From assembly GCF_009834535.1 (NCBI RefSeq), contig NC_045696.1:61134001-61198000 (forward strand): DNA of 64,000 bases, written 5' to 3'. Shown one piece after another: positions 13,586-27,049 of this stretch. Both the position numbers and the translations under genes were made by a program. The stretch is from Camelus ferus. Lineage: Eukaryota. Within the stretch, counting starts at the first letter, position 1. Every line of letters begins with the position of its first letter. Below the pieces are notes generated by a model. It made no database searches. It saw only the letters and a list, made by a program, of their open reading frames with translations, and was not told the origin of the DNA.

Positions 13586-16500
13586 TATCGCAGGTGTGAG
13601 TGCTTCTGTTCTTCCCCCATTGATGAGCCAGGCTTGTGTGCTGCAGTGCAAACCAGTGCTGACCAAGGTGTCAGGGAACCTGCCTTCTAAGCCCAACTGC
13701 CCTGCTTTTGGGGACCTTGGGGGCCATGGGACCTGACACAAGCTTTGGAGGCAGGAACCATGACTTCGTTATCTTCGTGCCCAGAGCACTTGGCACAAGC
13801 AAGTGAATAAATACTCCACGCTCCTTCTGATTCTGAATTCCCCCAAGCCCACTGTCAACAGGACTTTGGGAACTCAAACTGCAGTTTTAGTTGGAGGCAT
13901 CTATACAGAACATAGATGCCTATGCAGACTTTAAAGATGCAGACGTGGAGGACTGAGCTGCCTGCCACGCAAGCCAGTGCCCTCTGTATAAGCATGGCCA
14001 CGACTATAGAGGCCTGTGAGCAAACACGACGCCCAGTTCCTGGGGCCGCTTTGAAGTCTCAAGGAAAACGTTGACTATTTAAACCTCTATGAAGTGCTGA
14101 CAAATTGAGTTCAACACAAGTCCTCGGCGCTGTGCTGGGAACGGGGACACGACAACGACTAAGTGTCTGTTTGCCATGAATTCAGTCTGGCAGAAGGGGA
14201 AAGTTTGGAACTAGGGAGAGAGATGGCCTGGAAATTCTTCAGTCCTGGCCTTGGGAGAGGTGGGTCCGCGCGCTCCGTTATGCGAAGCATTCAGCAGTGA
14301 CATGAAATCAAACAGCCACAGTAGCAAACCACTTGTCTGAGCACACAAAAGGCCAACTGCTTCTTGGCCTCTCCTGGCAATGGAGGCATGAATCGCCGGC
14401 GTGTCACACCCTGCCGGGATAGCCTCAGCCTCGGGAGCTGAGCCCAAACTGAAGGCTTGGAGGAGACTGCGCAAGGAGCCGTGCGGCCGCTGTGTCGGCA
14501 AGTGGGGCCTCTGCCCGACGGCGGGCCTGGCGTTCAGCGTCCGCTCAGCCAGAAGCCAGTGATTCTTAAAATGTGGTCCATAGACCACATTCTAAATAAA
14601 CCAAGTGTGCCCTTGCAAATCCACAGGAAGGACGGGGGTGGCTTTGTAGAGCTCATAGATCCTTGGATGAATGGGCATGCATCCGAGCCAACAGAGGTGC
14701 CCATTCCATGCTGGCTCCAGCCCTCCTGCCGGGTCTCCCGGCCCTAAATGCAGCGGTCCCTCTTTCAAACAAGAGGTTATGGCTCTTCTACTTAAACCAG
14801 ATACTGCCTTGTTTTATCTTCCCCACAATCCTATGAACTAGCTTCTTTCCATTTGACTAATTTTGCCAATTGAAGACACAGAGCTAAAGGTTCTTTTCTC
14901 ACGTCCTCTGGGCTGGTAAGTGGCAACCTTGAGAGGGGTTTACTGATGTGAAGTTCCTGCTCTTTGCTGTACATTTTGCTGAGCCATTGGCCTAAATTTG
15001 ATTGATCCTCCTGTCAGGACCCCTTGTTCAGGGATTCTCTCCTTTTGGTGTCCCCCAGCACAGGGAGGGTTTCCTGGGGCGGGACGGCGGCCTGTGAAGG
15101 TTTGGATGCCCTTGCTGGCGAGTTGCGTACGCCTGTCCCAGGCCGACACAGAGGAGAGGTTCTCTGCAAGGTGGGGTGGGAGAGCCTCCCCCTGGGCGCC
15201 CCCGAGACTGCGGATCTCCACTGTCCTGCACTTGCCACAGTCTCATGACCCCTCAGTGGTGCTCAGGGCGGTGGGTGGCCCCTCAGTTACTGGGCTACTG
15301 ATTGTATTGGAGACTAAGGCTTATTTTGATCCAGTTTCCTTGCAGAAGGTGTGGAATCAGGGCTGCCAGGCTTCCTTCTGAATCATTCCTGCTGGGAGCC
15401 ACCGGGAGGCCCCAAGTCTCTGCCGGCTCCCTGTTCAGCCCACCTCTGTCCATGCTTCTTCTCCCCTTCCTCCTTTGAGAGCCAGGGCTTTTCCCTAAGA
15501 AAGCCCTTTCCCTGCAGCACCTTCGTGGAAACCCTGAGGTTCCTCCCTCCAACCTGGGGCGGAGGCTCCAACACCTGCTCCAGGGATGATCCAAGCACAG
15601 GCGAGGGTGCTGACAGCAAGTGTGGAAACAGACCCTAGATTCCAATATAGGCAAGTCACCCATAACCCCCGATCAGGGAGCCAAGGCAACAGGACTGACC
15701 AGTTCCCACTCTCTCAGAACCCGTGCCCCAGGCAGATGTAGGGGGCTCACTTGTCCATCCCTGCGGAGACTACTGTTCCCTCCAAGGTCCTCTTACTGCT
15801 CAATCACATGCCTGGGGGGCCACTTCCCACCCCACTTCCCCCTCCTTTCCTGGCCCTGCTCCGTTCTGTGCCTTTTAACCACACACAGGACTCAGCGCTC
15901 CAGAGCAGCCCTGCACGGCTTCAGGGCCACTGTGGGGACCCCCTTCCACCTTCATGGTCCTCCTTTTGCTCACACCGCAGCACTCCCTGCCTCGGCTTCT
16001 CCTACCTACTCCCAGCCCGGTTCTGGCCCCTGCGGGCTCCTCTCCACCCACTTTCTGGCTCTTCCTGAGCTTGACAACCCAGGGCTGAGTATGCAGCTGG
16101 TATTGAACACTTTTTGTGTTGACTTTAAATCACAGAATGTCAAAACTTAGGAACTGAGGAATCCACAAAACGTCAAAACTTAGGAATCCAGAGGTCAAGC
16201 CATCTACCACCCTGCTTTTCATGTAGGGGAACTGAGGCTTGGAGAGAGATACAATATGACCTGGTCACAGGACCAGATCAGTTGGTGGCAAAGCCAAGAC
16301 TGTTCCCAGGGTCCCTAAATCCAAGGTGCCTTCCCCCCATTGCCCATGATTGTGACTCCCACAGACAGCCCTTAGTCTATTTTACCCCCAGGAATAGACC
16401 ATGAGGGGCTGGCAGCTGCAAGCTCTGAAGACTCCTTCTGGCCTCCGTTTCCTTACTGTGTGATGAGTAGGGAGGATGTGGGGGTTGGAGCCTTGTGGAG

Positions 16501-16703
16501 GTGGTGAGTGTTCTGTTTGCTCTTAACCAAGACCTTAAACATTTCCACATCTCTGGCATCGTGCCTCTTACTACCTGTAAGAGAGTGTGTTTCTTCTGAC
16601 CCACTCCCCAAGAAATGATTCCTTGGGTGAAGGCTTCCCCAGGCCTGCTGAGGAGGGGAAGGAGCTGTGATAATATCTTTGGCTTGGGGTCCTGACTCCT
16701 CAC

Positions 16704-16777
16704 CCTCTCCTGGGCCCCAGAGGCTCAGAAGACTCCGACACCCAGAAATACAGAATGAAACTTGGTTCGGGGGCCAC
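16704..16777 (-). pseudogene. Decayed first (signal-peptide) exon of a mucin-like gene
   Basis: Minus strand reads GTG GCC CCC GAA CCA AGT TTC ATT CTG TAT TTC TGG GTG, then after one frameshift AGT CTT CTG AGC CTC TGG GGC CCA GGA GAG G|gtgagg. This gives (M)APEPSFILYFWV..SLLSLWGPGE, a hydrophobic leader ending in a phase-1 GT donor at 16703. The start codon is GTG, not ATG. Confidence 0.6.
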
Positions 16778-16869
16778 AGGGGCAGCTTGGAAAGTGGTGG
16801 GGAGAGGACTGGGGGGCCCAAGTGGAACTTCTCCAAAGGGCTTTGCTTCCAGGTCCACCCCCAGCTCCC

Positions 16870-16877
16870 TATTTAAA
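16870..16877 (-). promoter_or_regulatory. TATA-like box (TTTAAATA) upstream of the mucin-like exon 1
   Basis: Only AT-rich box in a GC-rich stretch, about 95 bp upstream of the putative start codon, in the correct orientation. Confidence 0.45.
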
Positions 16878-19428
16878 GGGGAAGGAGGTGTGGGGGAGGC
16901 CAAGGCCAAGGCCAACACCAGGGCCGCAAGTTCTGCCCTGAGAGCAAATTGCCCAAGAGGAGGCTGTTAAACCCAAGATCAGAGGCAGAAGCCAACTGCC
17001 TGCACCGCAGCTGCCTTCTAGCCCCGCCGTATTTCTCCCAGCCCTGCGGCTTCTTTTCTTCCCTGGTCCCTTCCTTTCGGTCTGCCTGTCGCCTGTGATT
17101 TCCTTCTCTCTTTGTATCTACTTTCCTTCAATTCATCTATTTCTCACCTGTCTTTTCCTCTGACTTTACATCTTTCTGTAAGTTTTTCCTCTGATTCTGT
17201 TACCCAGATTTCCTGTTTTTCTGTCATTCTCTCTCCTCAACTCTCTCTCCCTCTTTCTACAGCTCTACCTGCCTGTCTCTTTTGACAAAAAAAGCCCTGG
17301 TTCCCTCAATGGGTTTCCCCAAACCAGGCCACTCCTGCCCCACTCCCCAAACCCATCTCCCTGCTTTTCTCTGTCTCTAATTCTGCTTCCTGCCTCTCTA
17401 GCCACCTCCCTCTCCCCCTCCCTCCTTCCACCTTGTCCCATTTCTGTCCATTCAGCTCTCTCTCTCTCTTTCCATGACAGGCCCCAGCTCCTTGAATGGG
17501 CTCCGTGGAGTCAGCCACCCCCAGCCCGAGAATGCTGCCTCAGGTGCATCACTTACCCAGGACCACTAGCCAAAGAAGGCAGGAACATAAGCAGCTCAGG
17601 AACATGCAGGGCACCCTTCTCCGGTGGGCCCCTCTCATGGCTCCAGAAAGAATCCCTCAAGCTCCCCAGGGCAGCTCCTCAGCACAGAAGTGGTAGTGTG
17701 AGGAGCAGAGGTGAACCTGTCCCCACCGGCCGCTGGCCTGAAACAGGTGTATTTCCCTGAGGGGCCAGAGTACCAGGGAAGAGGACAAAAGAAGGCGTGG
17801 CTCCATGCCAATCATCCTTGCCCCGTCTTTTCTTTCCTCAGTCTCCACCCCCTTTCCCCCACGAGGAAAAAATTTTAAAAGCACCAATACACCCATTGCT
17901 CTGTTCCTAGTCAGCCTGAGCCAAGTAGGGCGAGGGACAGGAAGGGCATGTAGGGGACTAGAAACCAGGACACACTGGAAACAAGAGGGCCACCCTACTG
18001 CCTGGGATACTGGGCTGCCCCTGTCTGGCAGGCACTTTGGATTGCCACAGCGGGAGCCCCTGGGTCATTTCAGAAGAGAGGGCGGGGCAGAATGGGAAAG
18101 AAAGGGCCAAGAGGGAGTGAGCTTGGGGCTGTATGAATAGGAGAAAGAGTGAAATCTGAGGGGACCCTAAGAAACATGGGAAGTGGGGGGAGCAATGTGG
18201 GTGGGAGATAGGAATCAGAAATATCCTTTTGGGGAGGAATGTTGGGCTCAGAATATCTGCTAGTCACTAGGCACAGGGCAGACCCTTGCCCAAGGGTGAA
18301 TTTCCTCTTTCCAGGAGAGGGCACATAGAGCCAGGGTTCAGAAAGCCCGAGGCAGCCTGGGAAAGTTGCTTGAGGGATGAGGGGTGGGAAGTGGGGTTGA
18401 GGGTTCGACCTGGGGAGAAGGAATTGTGACCCCACGAGGAAGTGGGGGCTGTTTCTGGAGAACTTGGAGCTCAGGTCACCCATTTTAACCTCTTGGGACT
18501 TGCAGGCGTAACCAAGAAGGGACAGGAACCCCCAACAGGGTGTGTCAGGCAGAGTCTGAAGTTGAGAGAAGGTAGCTGGTGTACTGCTGCAAAGGACAAT
18601 GGAGACCTTCCCCGGGCTTTTGCCATGGTGTAAAGCCCTGCTTCTGGTCCCTTAAGACTTGGTTCCCTGAATGTGGAGTCTGTGGGGTGATTGGTCCCAG
18701 AGCAGGGAGCTCAGGCTCTCAGAGACATGCACAGCTCAGGAAGAGAAACCAGCATTTCCACATTCCCAGGGAGAACCTGGAGTCATCCAAAGATGGCTGG
18801 ACAAGGCTCCAAAACCCTATTGGCTATTTGCTTTCTGAAGCTGAATTGCCAATTACAGCTGAAACCCCAAAACTGGACCTTAGCTATAATGCAAATACTA
18901 CAGAGAAATAGCATGGCACCCGCATCAGTCCCACAACCTCTGTATGGATGAGTTGATCCCATCCTTTCCTGGGAGCAGGAAATTCATAAAGATAAAGAGG
19001 AATTTTAAGCATAGAGCAGTGGGACAGGATACGAGGAAGCTATCACTGGAGAGGATATACATGGACAGCAAGGCCTACTTAATCATTCTTTTGCGTCAGT
19101 TCTTACTCATGATTTCTTTCTATTAACATATTGTGTGTTTTTTTGGTGACACTCTCTGGATCACAGTTTCCCAACTACAGAGGAGGAAAAAGCATTCCAG
19201 GTTTAGACCAAAGTAAGAATTGGACATCTTGTCGACCTAACACAGCTCACCTCCCACTTTCCAATGCAAGGGACACTGGAGGTGCAGAGCATTCTCCAGA
19301 GGCTTCTGTGGTGGCCAAGACTCCAGCTGGGTATCAGGCTACCTGAGCTTGAATCCCAGCTCTGCCACCCAAGGCAAGTCATAGCCTCTTTGAGACTTAT
19401 TTCCCTCATCTATAAAATAGGAATAATA

Positions 19429-19886
19429 TGTCAAAGAAAAAACAGAGTTGGACAGTAGTTAAAATAGATGAAACAGATTTTATTCATGACACCTGCAATA
19501 GTGGAAAAGGGACTTCAGTGTAGAACCAGGATTGGCTCTAAATATAGCATGGGCAAGTGGGAATTTCTAGCGAAGGAGCAGGGTAGGGGTCAGTGGACAG
19601 AAAAATACTAAGAGAAAACATCGAGGGTGAGGGGATTCTGGCTAAACCAACTGAACAGGATTCTTGGCTGAAGACAGTCCAGGGTGATCAGACATCACTG
19701 GGGGACGGTGAAGGATGAGGAATCTATGAGACATTGAGGGTCACCAGATATGGAGGATGGGGCACTCTTGCCGAACTGACGTGATGGGGCTTTTGCTAAA
19801 ACTGGATTTTACAAGGAAGTGCACAGACGGTCTAGAAGGAGGTTTAGAAGCCTGACAAAAGTTCACTCAGGCAAAAGTCTTCGTCA
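19429..19886 (-). mobile_element. Solo ERV1 LTR (MER31-like) inserted in a MIR
   Basis: TG...CA ends, 4-bp TSD AATA on both sides, MER31-like motifs (gctaaaactgg, ggggattctggctaaac). Confidence 0.85.
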
Positions 19887-21114
19887 AATAACACTTACCT
19901 AAGAGGTTATGAGACTAAATTAAGCTCAAACAGATGTGAAGACACATGTAGAGGGCACCTGGCTCCTCATTTCCTCATGACATCATCCCTGAAGGTAGAA
20001 ACAAGTGAGGGAAGCAGGGGATGGGAGGAGTCTGGAAAGTCATTCCCTAGCCCATCTGCATACCGCCGTCTTTTCCGTGTCCTTTTTGGGTTTTAGGACA
20101 TTGGCACATGTGACTTTAATTCATCTCCTTCCTGCCCACCTCCAGTCCCCTTCTCCTTTCCCTTTGAGCCCAGCCACCTCTCAACTTGCCCATTTTCCAG
20201 AGCTGGGATGCTTTTAGCTCTCTGTGACAAATGCCTCTCTTTATCTGTTTGTCCTTCCTTCTCCCCTCCCAAGGCATCTGATGGGGACAAAGAAGGGTAA
20301 GAGAGGAGGAGATGATTGGATACCCTGAGTTCTGTCTGGTGGAGAACTCCGAGGCCCACAGACTGCTGGGCTTACCCGGGGGCAGGAATCTGAAACTAAG
20401 TTGAGGTTGATATTCTGAGGTGGGGGGCGGGGAGGGGCAGAGAGCTCAGTCTGGACTTGGGGTATAAGTAAGCTGGAGCAAGGATAAGATTATGACCTTT
20501 TCACATGGAAGGAAGACATACACGCAGCTTTAACAGACTCAGCCTGGGTTCTGGGCAGCGATTTCAAGATTGTAAAAGGAGATTTCTCTTCTAAGTTACC
20601 CAAAGTAGGAAACTCTTATTTGGGAGGGGTAGGTGTTAAAATCTCTTACCTCTGTATAATTTATGTCCTGGTAGATCCTTATGCTGCTAATAAAGTTACT
20701 CCTGGTCAGACCTAAGACACCAAGACTGAGATGGGGCAGGAAGCTGGACATTTATTAATCCTCATTTATTAAATCTTGAATTAAAAGACCTGTAACTAGA
20801 GTGCCAGGCCCTGTCTATGTCCCAGTAACCCTGCAAGATATATGTCACTATCCCCGTCTCACATCTGAGAAAACTGGGTTCAGAGAGACGAACATGCACT
20901 CTCATCATTGCTGAGTCACAGTCCAGGTTGGGTGCTCAAATGGAACTGGGGAATGCTAACTGCCCTAAGTCACACTCACCCAGGCCACAGGGGAAGCCAC
21001 AAAGCTGGAATCTGAGGCTAGGTCTGCCTGGCTTCACAGCCAAAGAAGGTAATTAACACACACTGAGTGCTTGTCACATACTGGTGGGCGCTTATATGCT
21101 GAACTATTATTTCC

Positions 21115-21495
21115 CCAAGGCAGACATGGAGATGTGCCTTTAAGAATGGACTCCCTGTCCAGCTATGAGGAGAGTGGTTAGTTGGCAGCCGCCAGTCAAC
21201 TCCTTCAAGTGCACCTGAACTTTCAAGCCAAGCCCACGTTCTTCTCGTGGTGACCCTTGGGCCAATGATGGAGCATGGCAGGGGTGCAAGGACTTGGCTA
21301 GTTCCAGTCCCACAGGACTCTGTGCCCCAGAGCACCCCACAGAACCGGCAAGGACTCCGTGGCTTTGCCAGATGTGCTGGCTTCCCTGCCCAATCCTGCC
21401 TCCTCTTTTTTCCTTTCATGGGTGTTGTTCCCCAATAAATCTTTTCATTTCACTCCATCTCAGCGTTTGCTTCCAGAAGGACCCAACCTGAGACA
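21115..21495 (+). mobile_element. ERVL LTR16-like solo LTR
   Basis: cccaataaatc...ctccatctcagcgtttgcttccagaaggacccaacctgagaca terminus. Confidence 0.75.
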
Positions 21496-22639
21496 CTCAT
21501 GTGAAAGAGGATGACCATTTTACAGATACAGAGACTGACCGTCCTAGCCTGGTTTCAAACCCAGATCTGCACAATTCCAAGTTCCCTGTCCACTGCTCCA
21601 CACCCCACTGTCCAGCCAGGGGGTGTGTGGGCTCCTGCTATGCACAGTCCCTGTCCAGGAGGAGTGCATGATTTGCTAGCCAAAACAAGATTCTCATGCT
21701 GCAAAAGATACAGGCCAATGCGATAGACGCCCGGGTTGGGGGGCCTCCCCCATGACTGGACCTGCAACGGGAGTGTGCTGTGCATTGGTGTCAGGCCACC
21801 GCGGAGGAGGGAGCCGAAGTGACAAAGAGGAAGCTCTGTTCCTGAGGTCTTGGCTCCAGGCTGTGGTGGAAGCAGGGGCCCTGGAGTTTGGGCCACACAA
21901 AGGCCCCTGTGATTCTCCCAGGGCTGGGTTTCTCAGCCCCTTTCTCTAAAAATGTCCTGCATTTTCACACCAGTGAGTTCAGTTCCCTTCTCATTTTTCC
22001 TCTGAGGCAGAGGGGGGCCAGTGCCTACCCAAGCAACGTCTTCCAAGCCTGGGGTCCCCAAGGAGGAGGGGCCGTGCTGATGCACAGGCAGGGGTGAGGG
22101 TGCAGTACTGACGTGAGGCCCAGGCAAAATATATCCATTCTTCACTCAACTTTAAGGAGAAGAAAACACAGGCCTGGAAGTTAGCAGCAGCACTTACTCA
22201 GAAACCCAGCATCCAGGCCCAGATTTGCTATTTGTGACCTGTGGGTAGGCTTCCCTTTTCAAATCCTGGGGGAAAAAAAAATCTCAGCCTCTATTCTAGA
22301 AATGGAAGAGACCTCGGCACTCATGAAGTCCACCCTCCTCATTCTACCACAGAAGAGGTCCAGAGAGAAGGGCGTATCCCAGGTCCCACAGACGCAGGCC
22401 TTGTCCCCATGTCTCTAGGGCTGCTCTGCTCTGAGCTCTGTCTGCTCAGAGCACCCCAGTCACAACGGCTGCCTCTAGCCCAGTCCTTGTCCACAGGCCA
22501 CACTCAGTAAGCCCTGTCATGATGGGGACCGAATGATGACGGCCTGCCGTCTCAGACACAGTCCCAACAGGCCTCCCACATGGGTGCGGACAGAAAGCCC
22601 AGCCCAGGCCAGGCCCTAAAGAGTCTTAAAATTAAGTTT

Positions 22640-22901
22640 ACCATCACTGTTTTCTTCCCATTGTGGAAGTAACACATGCTCATTATAGCAGATACGGAAA
22701 AGACTTGAGTAGAGAGAAGAAACACACCATCAATAAGCTTGAAAAACCTCTCAATACAGATAGATTTTTAGCCTCTTCTCCAGGAATAACTCATATGCAT
22801 AGTTTTAATCTATCAATATCATAGATGAATTTGGATTCCGACTTTACCACTATTTTTTTTTAAGTATAATCGGTTTATAATGTTGGGTTAATTTCTGTGA
22901 T

Positions 22902-22949
<48 letters not shown>

Positions 22950-23340
22950 TATACATATATATACACACACACATACACACAGAAACACACACACACATAT
23001 ATATATAAAGTTTATATATATACACACACACATACACACAGACACACAGACACATATATATATATATATTCCTTTTGATTTTCTTTTTCATTATAGGCCA
23101 TTACAAGGTATTGAATATAATTCCCTGTGCTACCATGTAACTTTAAACATAAGCAATTCCTCCTGTTGTTACAAAACACTTCATGTACATGTTTTTTTAA
23201 GTATGCATAATATTCCATTGAGTGGACTGCCATCTCAATTTATTTAATTCCATTGACACTTGGGCTATTTCCTTGTTCCTAGGACAAGTAACGCAGAGAT
23301 GATTTCATATCTAAGCTCATTTCCTTAAGTTTTGCTTCAC
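22640..23340 (-). mobile_element. Old L1 relic containing a younger L1 3' end with complex (TA)n/(CA)n microsatellite (22908-23069)
   Basis: L1 3'UTR motifs (ccattataggccattacaaggtattgaatataattccctgtgc) flanking dinucleotide runs. Confidence 0.8.
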
Positions 23341-24181
23341 TGCTCTGACCTTCCTTCTCCTACAGCAGGAAGTCAATGAATGTGAATTAGTTAAGTCGAC
23401 AGGATGTAGGTGTATTCTTGGATACCTGGGGTTCATTACATTTCTAATGCTGACAGTCTAATGGTAGAGGCAAAACCAACAGTAAAATGAGACCATTACT
23501 TGGGTGAGCTGAAAATGATGGGTGGATTAAGGATTCTGCAGGTAGATTGGGAAACAGGTAGAGTCCCTCAGGAATGCCTTCCTAGGTGGTGGGGTCCCTG
23601 CCTTGATCTGTGATGACCACTGCCAGGCCTCTCCTTTGAATACCTGAGCTTGATACATAGCCCAGGTGATAGTCTAGAGAAAGGAATCCAGAAGGAATTT
23701 GAAAGAGAAAGGGGGTGGGGTGGGAGAATTTAGCCAGTGAGTCAGAACAGAACTAAAAATGGAAACAGTCCTGGAGCAAAAGCTAGATGGGGACTGAGGT
23801 CCTCTCCTCCCCTGGTCCCCAGGGAGAGGAACCTGCTGAAGCTGGAGGGGTGGGCCAGGGAGAAGGAAGGAGAGCAGAGCCAGGGAGTCCCAGCAAGCCC
23901 CAGTCCCCGGGGTACAGTGGAGGCAGCAGAACGCAAGGTCAGCCTGGCACTCCAATAGCCCTGTTACTCTGTGAACTGGGTGCCGGACACTGCCTGGCAC
24001 AGGGGATGCTGAGATGAGCAAGACACAGCCCCTGCTCTCACAGGGTCACAAGCTCGAGGGAGCTAGACATGGGGGGAGGGACATTTAATGACAAGCCCTC
24101 TAGATTTGTGGCCCTGAGGTCTGGGTATACGTTGGGCAATGGAGCAAGCTCATTGAGGGCAATCCGAGAGGATCACTTCCT

Positions 24182-24629
24182 TGTATGAGTCTCAGAGGGC
24201 TGCTGTAACAAAGTACCACAAACTTGGTGGCTTAATACAACAGAAATGTATTCTAGCCCAGCTCTGGAGGCCAGAAATCCTAAATCAAGTTGTTGGCAGA
24301 AGCGTGTTCCTGCCGAAGTCTCTAGGGAAGAATCCTTTGCTTTCTCTAACATCTGGTGGTTGCTGGCACTCTTGGCATCCTTGGCTCACAGCTGCATCCC
24401 TTCAATCTCTGCCTCCATCATCACATGGCCATCTTCTCCCCGGTGTGTCTGCGTCTATTTTCTCTTCTTATAAGGACAAAAGTCATTGGAGGACTGGGCA
24501 CGCTAATCCAGTAGGACCTCAGTTTAACTTAATTGATCGCATCTGCAAAGACTCTATTTCCAAATAAAGTCACATTCTGAGGTTTTTAGTGACATGATTT
24601 TGGGAATGGACATTTATTCAACCCAGTAC
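24182..24629 (-). mobile_element. MaLR LTR (MLT1C-like)
   Basis: gctgctgtaacaaagtaccacaaacttggtggctta...aaataaagtcacattctgagg...attcaacccagtaca. Confidence 0.9.
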
Positions 24630-24663
24630 AACCTCTTTGAAGAAGTTTGAGAAGTTAAGTATT

Positions 24664-24801
24664 GGGGAGGGTATAGGTCAGTGGTAGAGTGCATGCCTAG
24701 CATGCAAGAGGTCCTGGGTTCAATCCCCATTACCGCCATTCAAAATAAATAAATAAACAAAGGAACCTGATTACCTGTCCCCACCAAAAAAAAAAAAAAA
24801 A

Positions 24802-24833
<32 letters not shown>

Positions 24834-24836
24834 AAA
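24664..24836 (+). mobile_element. tRNA-Ala-derived camelid SINE (Vic-1-like) with A/(GAA)n tail
   Basis: ggggagggtataggtcagtggtagagtgcatgcctagcatgc...ggttcaatcccc; TSD gagaagKtaagtat. Confidence 0.9.
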
Positions 24837-27049
24837 GAGAAGGTAAGTATGGATCATTACAATAGATGACTTGGTCTCTGCAGGGAAGACTGGTAGTTGA
24901 GCCCACTTCCCCCTGTGCTGGCTCTGGAAATTCCCAACTGCCTGCCCTCGTCACCACTGAGTCACAAGCCAGGTTGAGTGACCAAGGGAAATGGGCTGGA
25001 TTAATTCCCTGATCAAACTTCCCTGGGGTGGGGGGTGGGGAGTGAGACAGTCAGCAGACCCAGGAGCTCCAGCCTGGCTGCCTCCTGCCCTGCTGAGACC
25101 ACCCTCCACTGCCCAGGAGGGCTGAAGAGAAGTGGTGAGAGCAGGGGAGAAGGGCCCCGCTGGAGCCAACCACACCTGCCTCCCCAACCGTGATATCAGC
25201 CTTGCTGTCTTGAATGTGGACTTGCTACAGCTGAGTGAAGGTATCACACTTTCTGGTTTCCTTCTGAACGTGGAAAAGAAGGGTGGGCAAGGGGTGAGGG
25301 ATAGGACAGTACACTTAAAAATGAACTACCCCTACCCTGTCCTCAGGCATTCCACAACTGGGCTTGTCAGCCAACTCCCCAGCCCCTAGAGTGACCCTCC
25401 CCACACACACCGCTCTCAAGGGTGGGGAAGGAACTCAACCCAGACATTTTCTCTTTCACTTACACAATCCCAGACTCTCCGTTGATGGGAAAAAGCGACT
25501 TCTTATCTTGTCCGCCCCCTTGAAATTACTTCTTCAGGTGCATTTAGAATGTTCACTTTCCCAGCCCTCGGTTCCTACCCACGCCCCCTGGTGCCCTGGG
25601 GAGCTGGGACCCAGGTGGGAGGAAGAAGCCAGAGGTTTAGGATGAACAAGCCTGCTCCCTACATTGCTACAGGGACTGCAAGATAAAGTTTTCAAGGAAA
25701 TGAGTTTCAGCTTCTGGCAGTCTAGAGATTGCTTTCGTCATGAGACACCAAGTCCAGAATAAACTGCCCAGGACCTGACCTCAGGTCCACGAGATAAGCC
25801 TGAGGGAGGAGGTCACCGGCTTGTTCGGGAAAGTAGGGTGTGAGTGGGGCCCATCTCTGAGCCCCTGAAGAAAGTCTGAGTGCTCCGGGGGAAAGGGAAA
25901 GGGCTTTGGAACCACCAAGGGCAAGCTGCTTCCGAGCTGAACCTCAGTCTCCCCCTCTGAACAATGGGAATAGTAATAATAATTCCTATGAGCTTAGAGC
26001 ATAGAAGGTTCTCAGCAAATGTGAGAATCTCCCACAGGGAAGGTGGACGTAGAAAGAGAGCCAAAAAGTTGTTTTAAGTGAGAGTCTAGGATTGTTCTGG
26101 GTAGAAAGGCCAGCTCATGGAAGTGAGAGGAATATAGTATGATTCTTGCTAGATGAATAACTCTGGAAGAGAGATGGGGAGGAGGGGTGGGCAGGCCTGA
26201 CCATAGGGCTTGTGAGGTTACTGTCCCCACCAGTGTCCTGGTAAACTAGGAGATGGTCAGCTGGACTAGATCAAGTGAATGGATGTTAATTATAGGCAGA
26301 TAAGCTCATTTTATGTAGTGATTATGGGAGTCGATAAATTCGTCAAGAAATATGATTCAGAGGCTGGGAGGGAGGGAGAGGGCCTGTTTGTGAGAGTGAG
26401 GTTTTGAGAATCAGAAGCAATCGTACTGAATCCATCTACTAAAAAAATATAACACACAAGGGCAGGGAAGAGGCGGGTCCTGGAAGGATATTTTTGAGGG
26501 CTTTTTTTTTGTTCTGACACTAGACTGTTTCACGGAGTAGTGAAAGCCTGCAGGCCCAGGATGCACAGATGTGCGTCAGGAGTTCAGATACAGGCTCCAG
26601 TATCTTACAGTGATTAACATATATTGTATGGTTGTTAAATTATTGTGATATGCAATATAATAGTATATATTCTTTATTCTTATTGTATTAGCCTAGTTCA
26701 AGTGTGAGATTGGCTTTCTGAAAATGCTTTAAAAATTTTCACAACTGTTATTGCCTGGGGAGCCCCTGAATGTCTGATTGCCCTTAACATGTCTGGGCGG
26801 CCGAACCCCAAACCCCTGGTCCCTTTGAGACACTTTGGCCACTGCCCTTGGTTAGTTTGCCCCTCTGCCAAGAGCAGGCACATACCTGCAAGGAACCAGC
26901 TTTCAGAGGACCCACCCCATCCCCCACCTATGCCAGCAGAGTAAAGATCATTGTACTTTGCCTAAAGGATTAAGAACATGAAACTCACGGTTCATGGGGC
27001 TCATCCCGGCCGGCCCTGTGGCCACTCCTTTTGGCACTTGTCCTCCTCC

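Noticed and set aside
16136..16190. Short direct duplication gtcaaaacttaggaa x2 (similarly ctgaaagaggggtct near 8395/8449)
   Set aside because: Ordinary slippage-type microduplications; only two copies, not an array or CRISPR
24664..24740. tRNA-Ala-like genes (also 59006, 60144 and others)
   Set aside because: SINE heads with tails and TSDs, mutated stems
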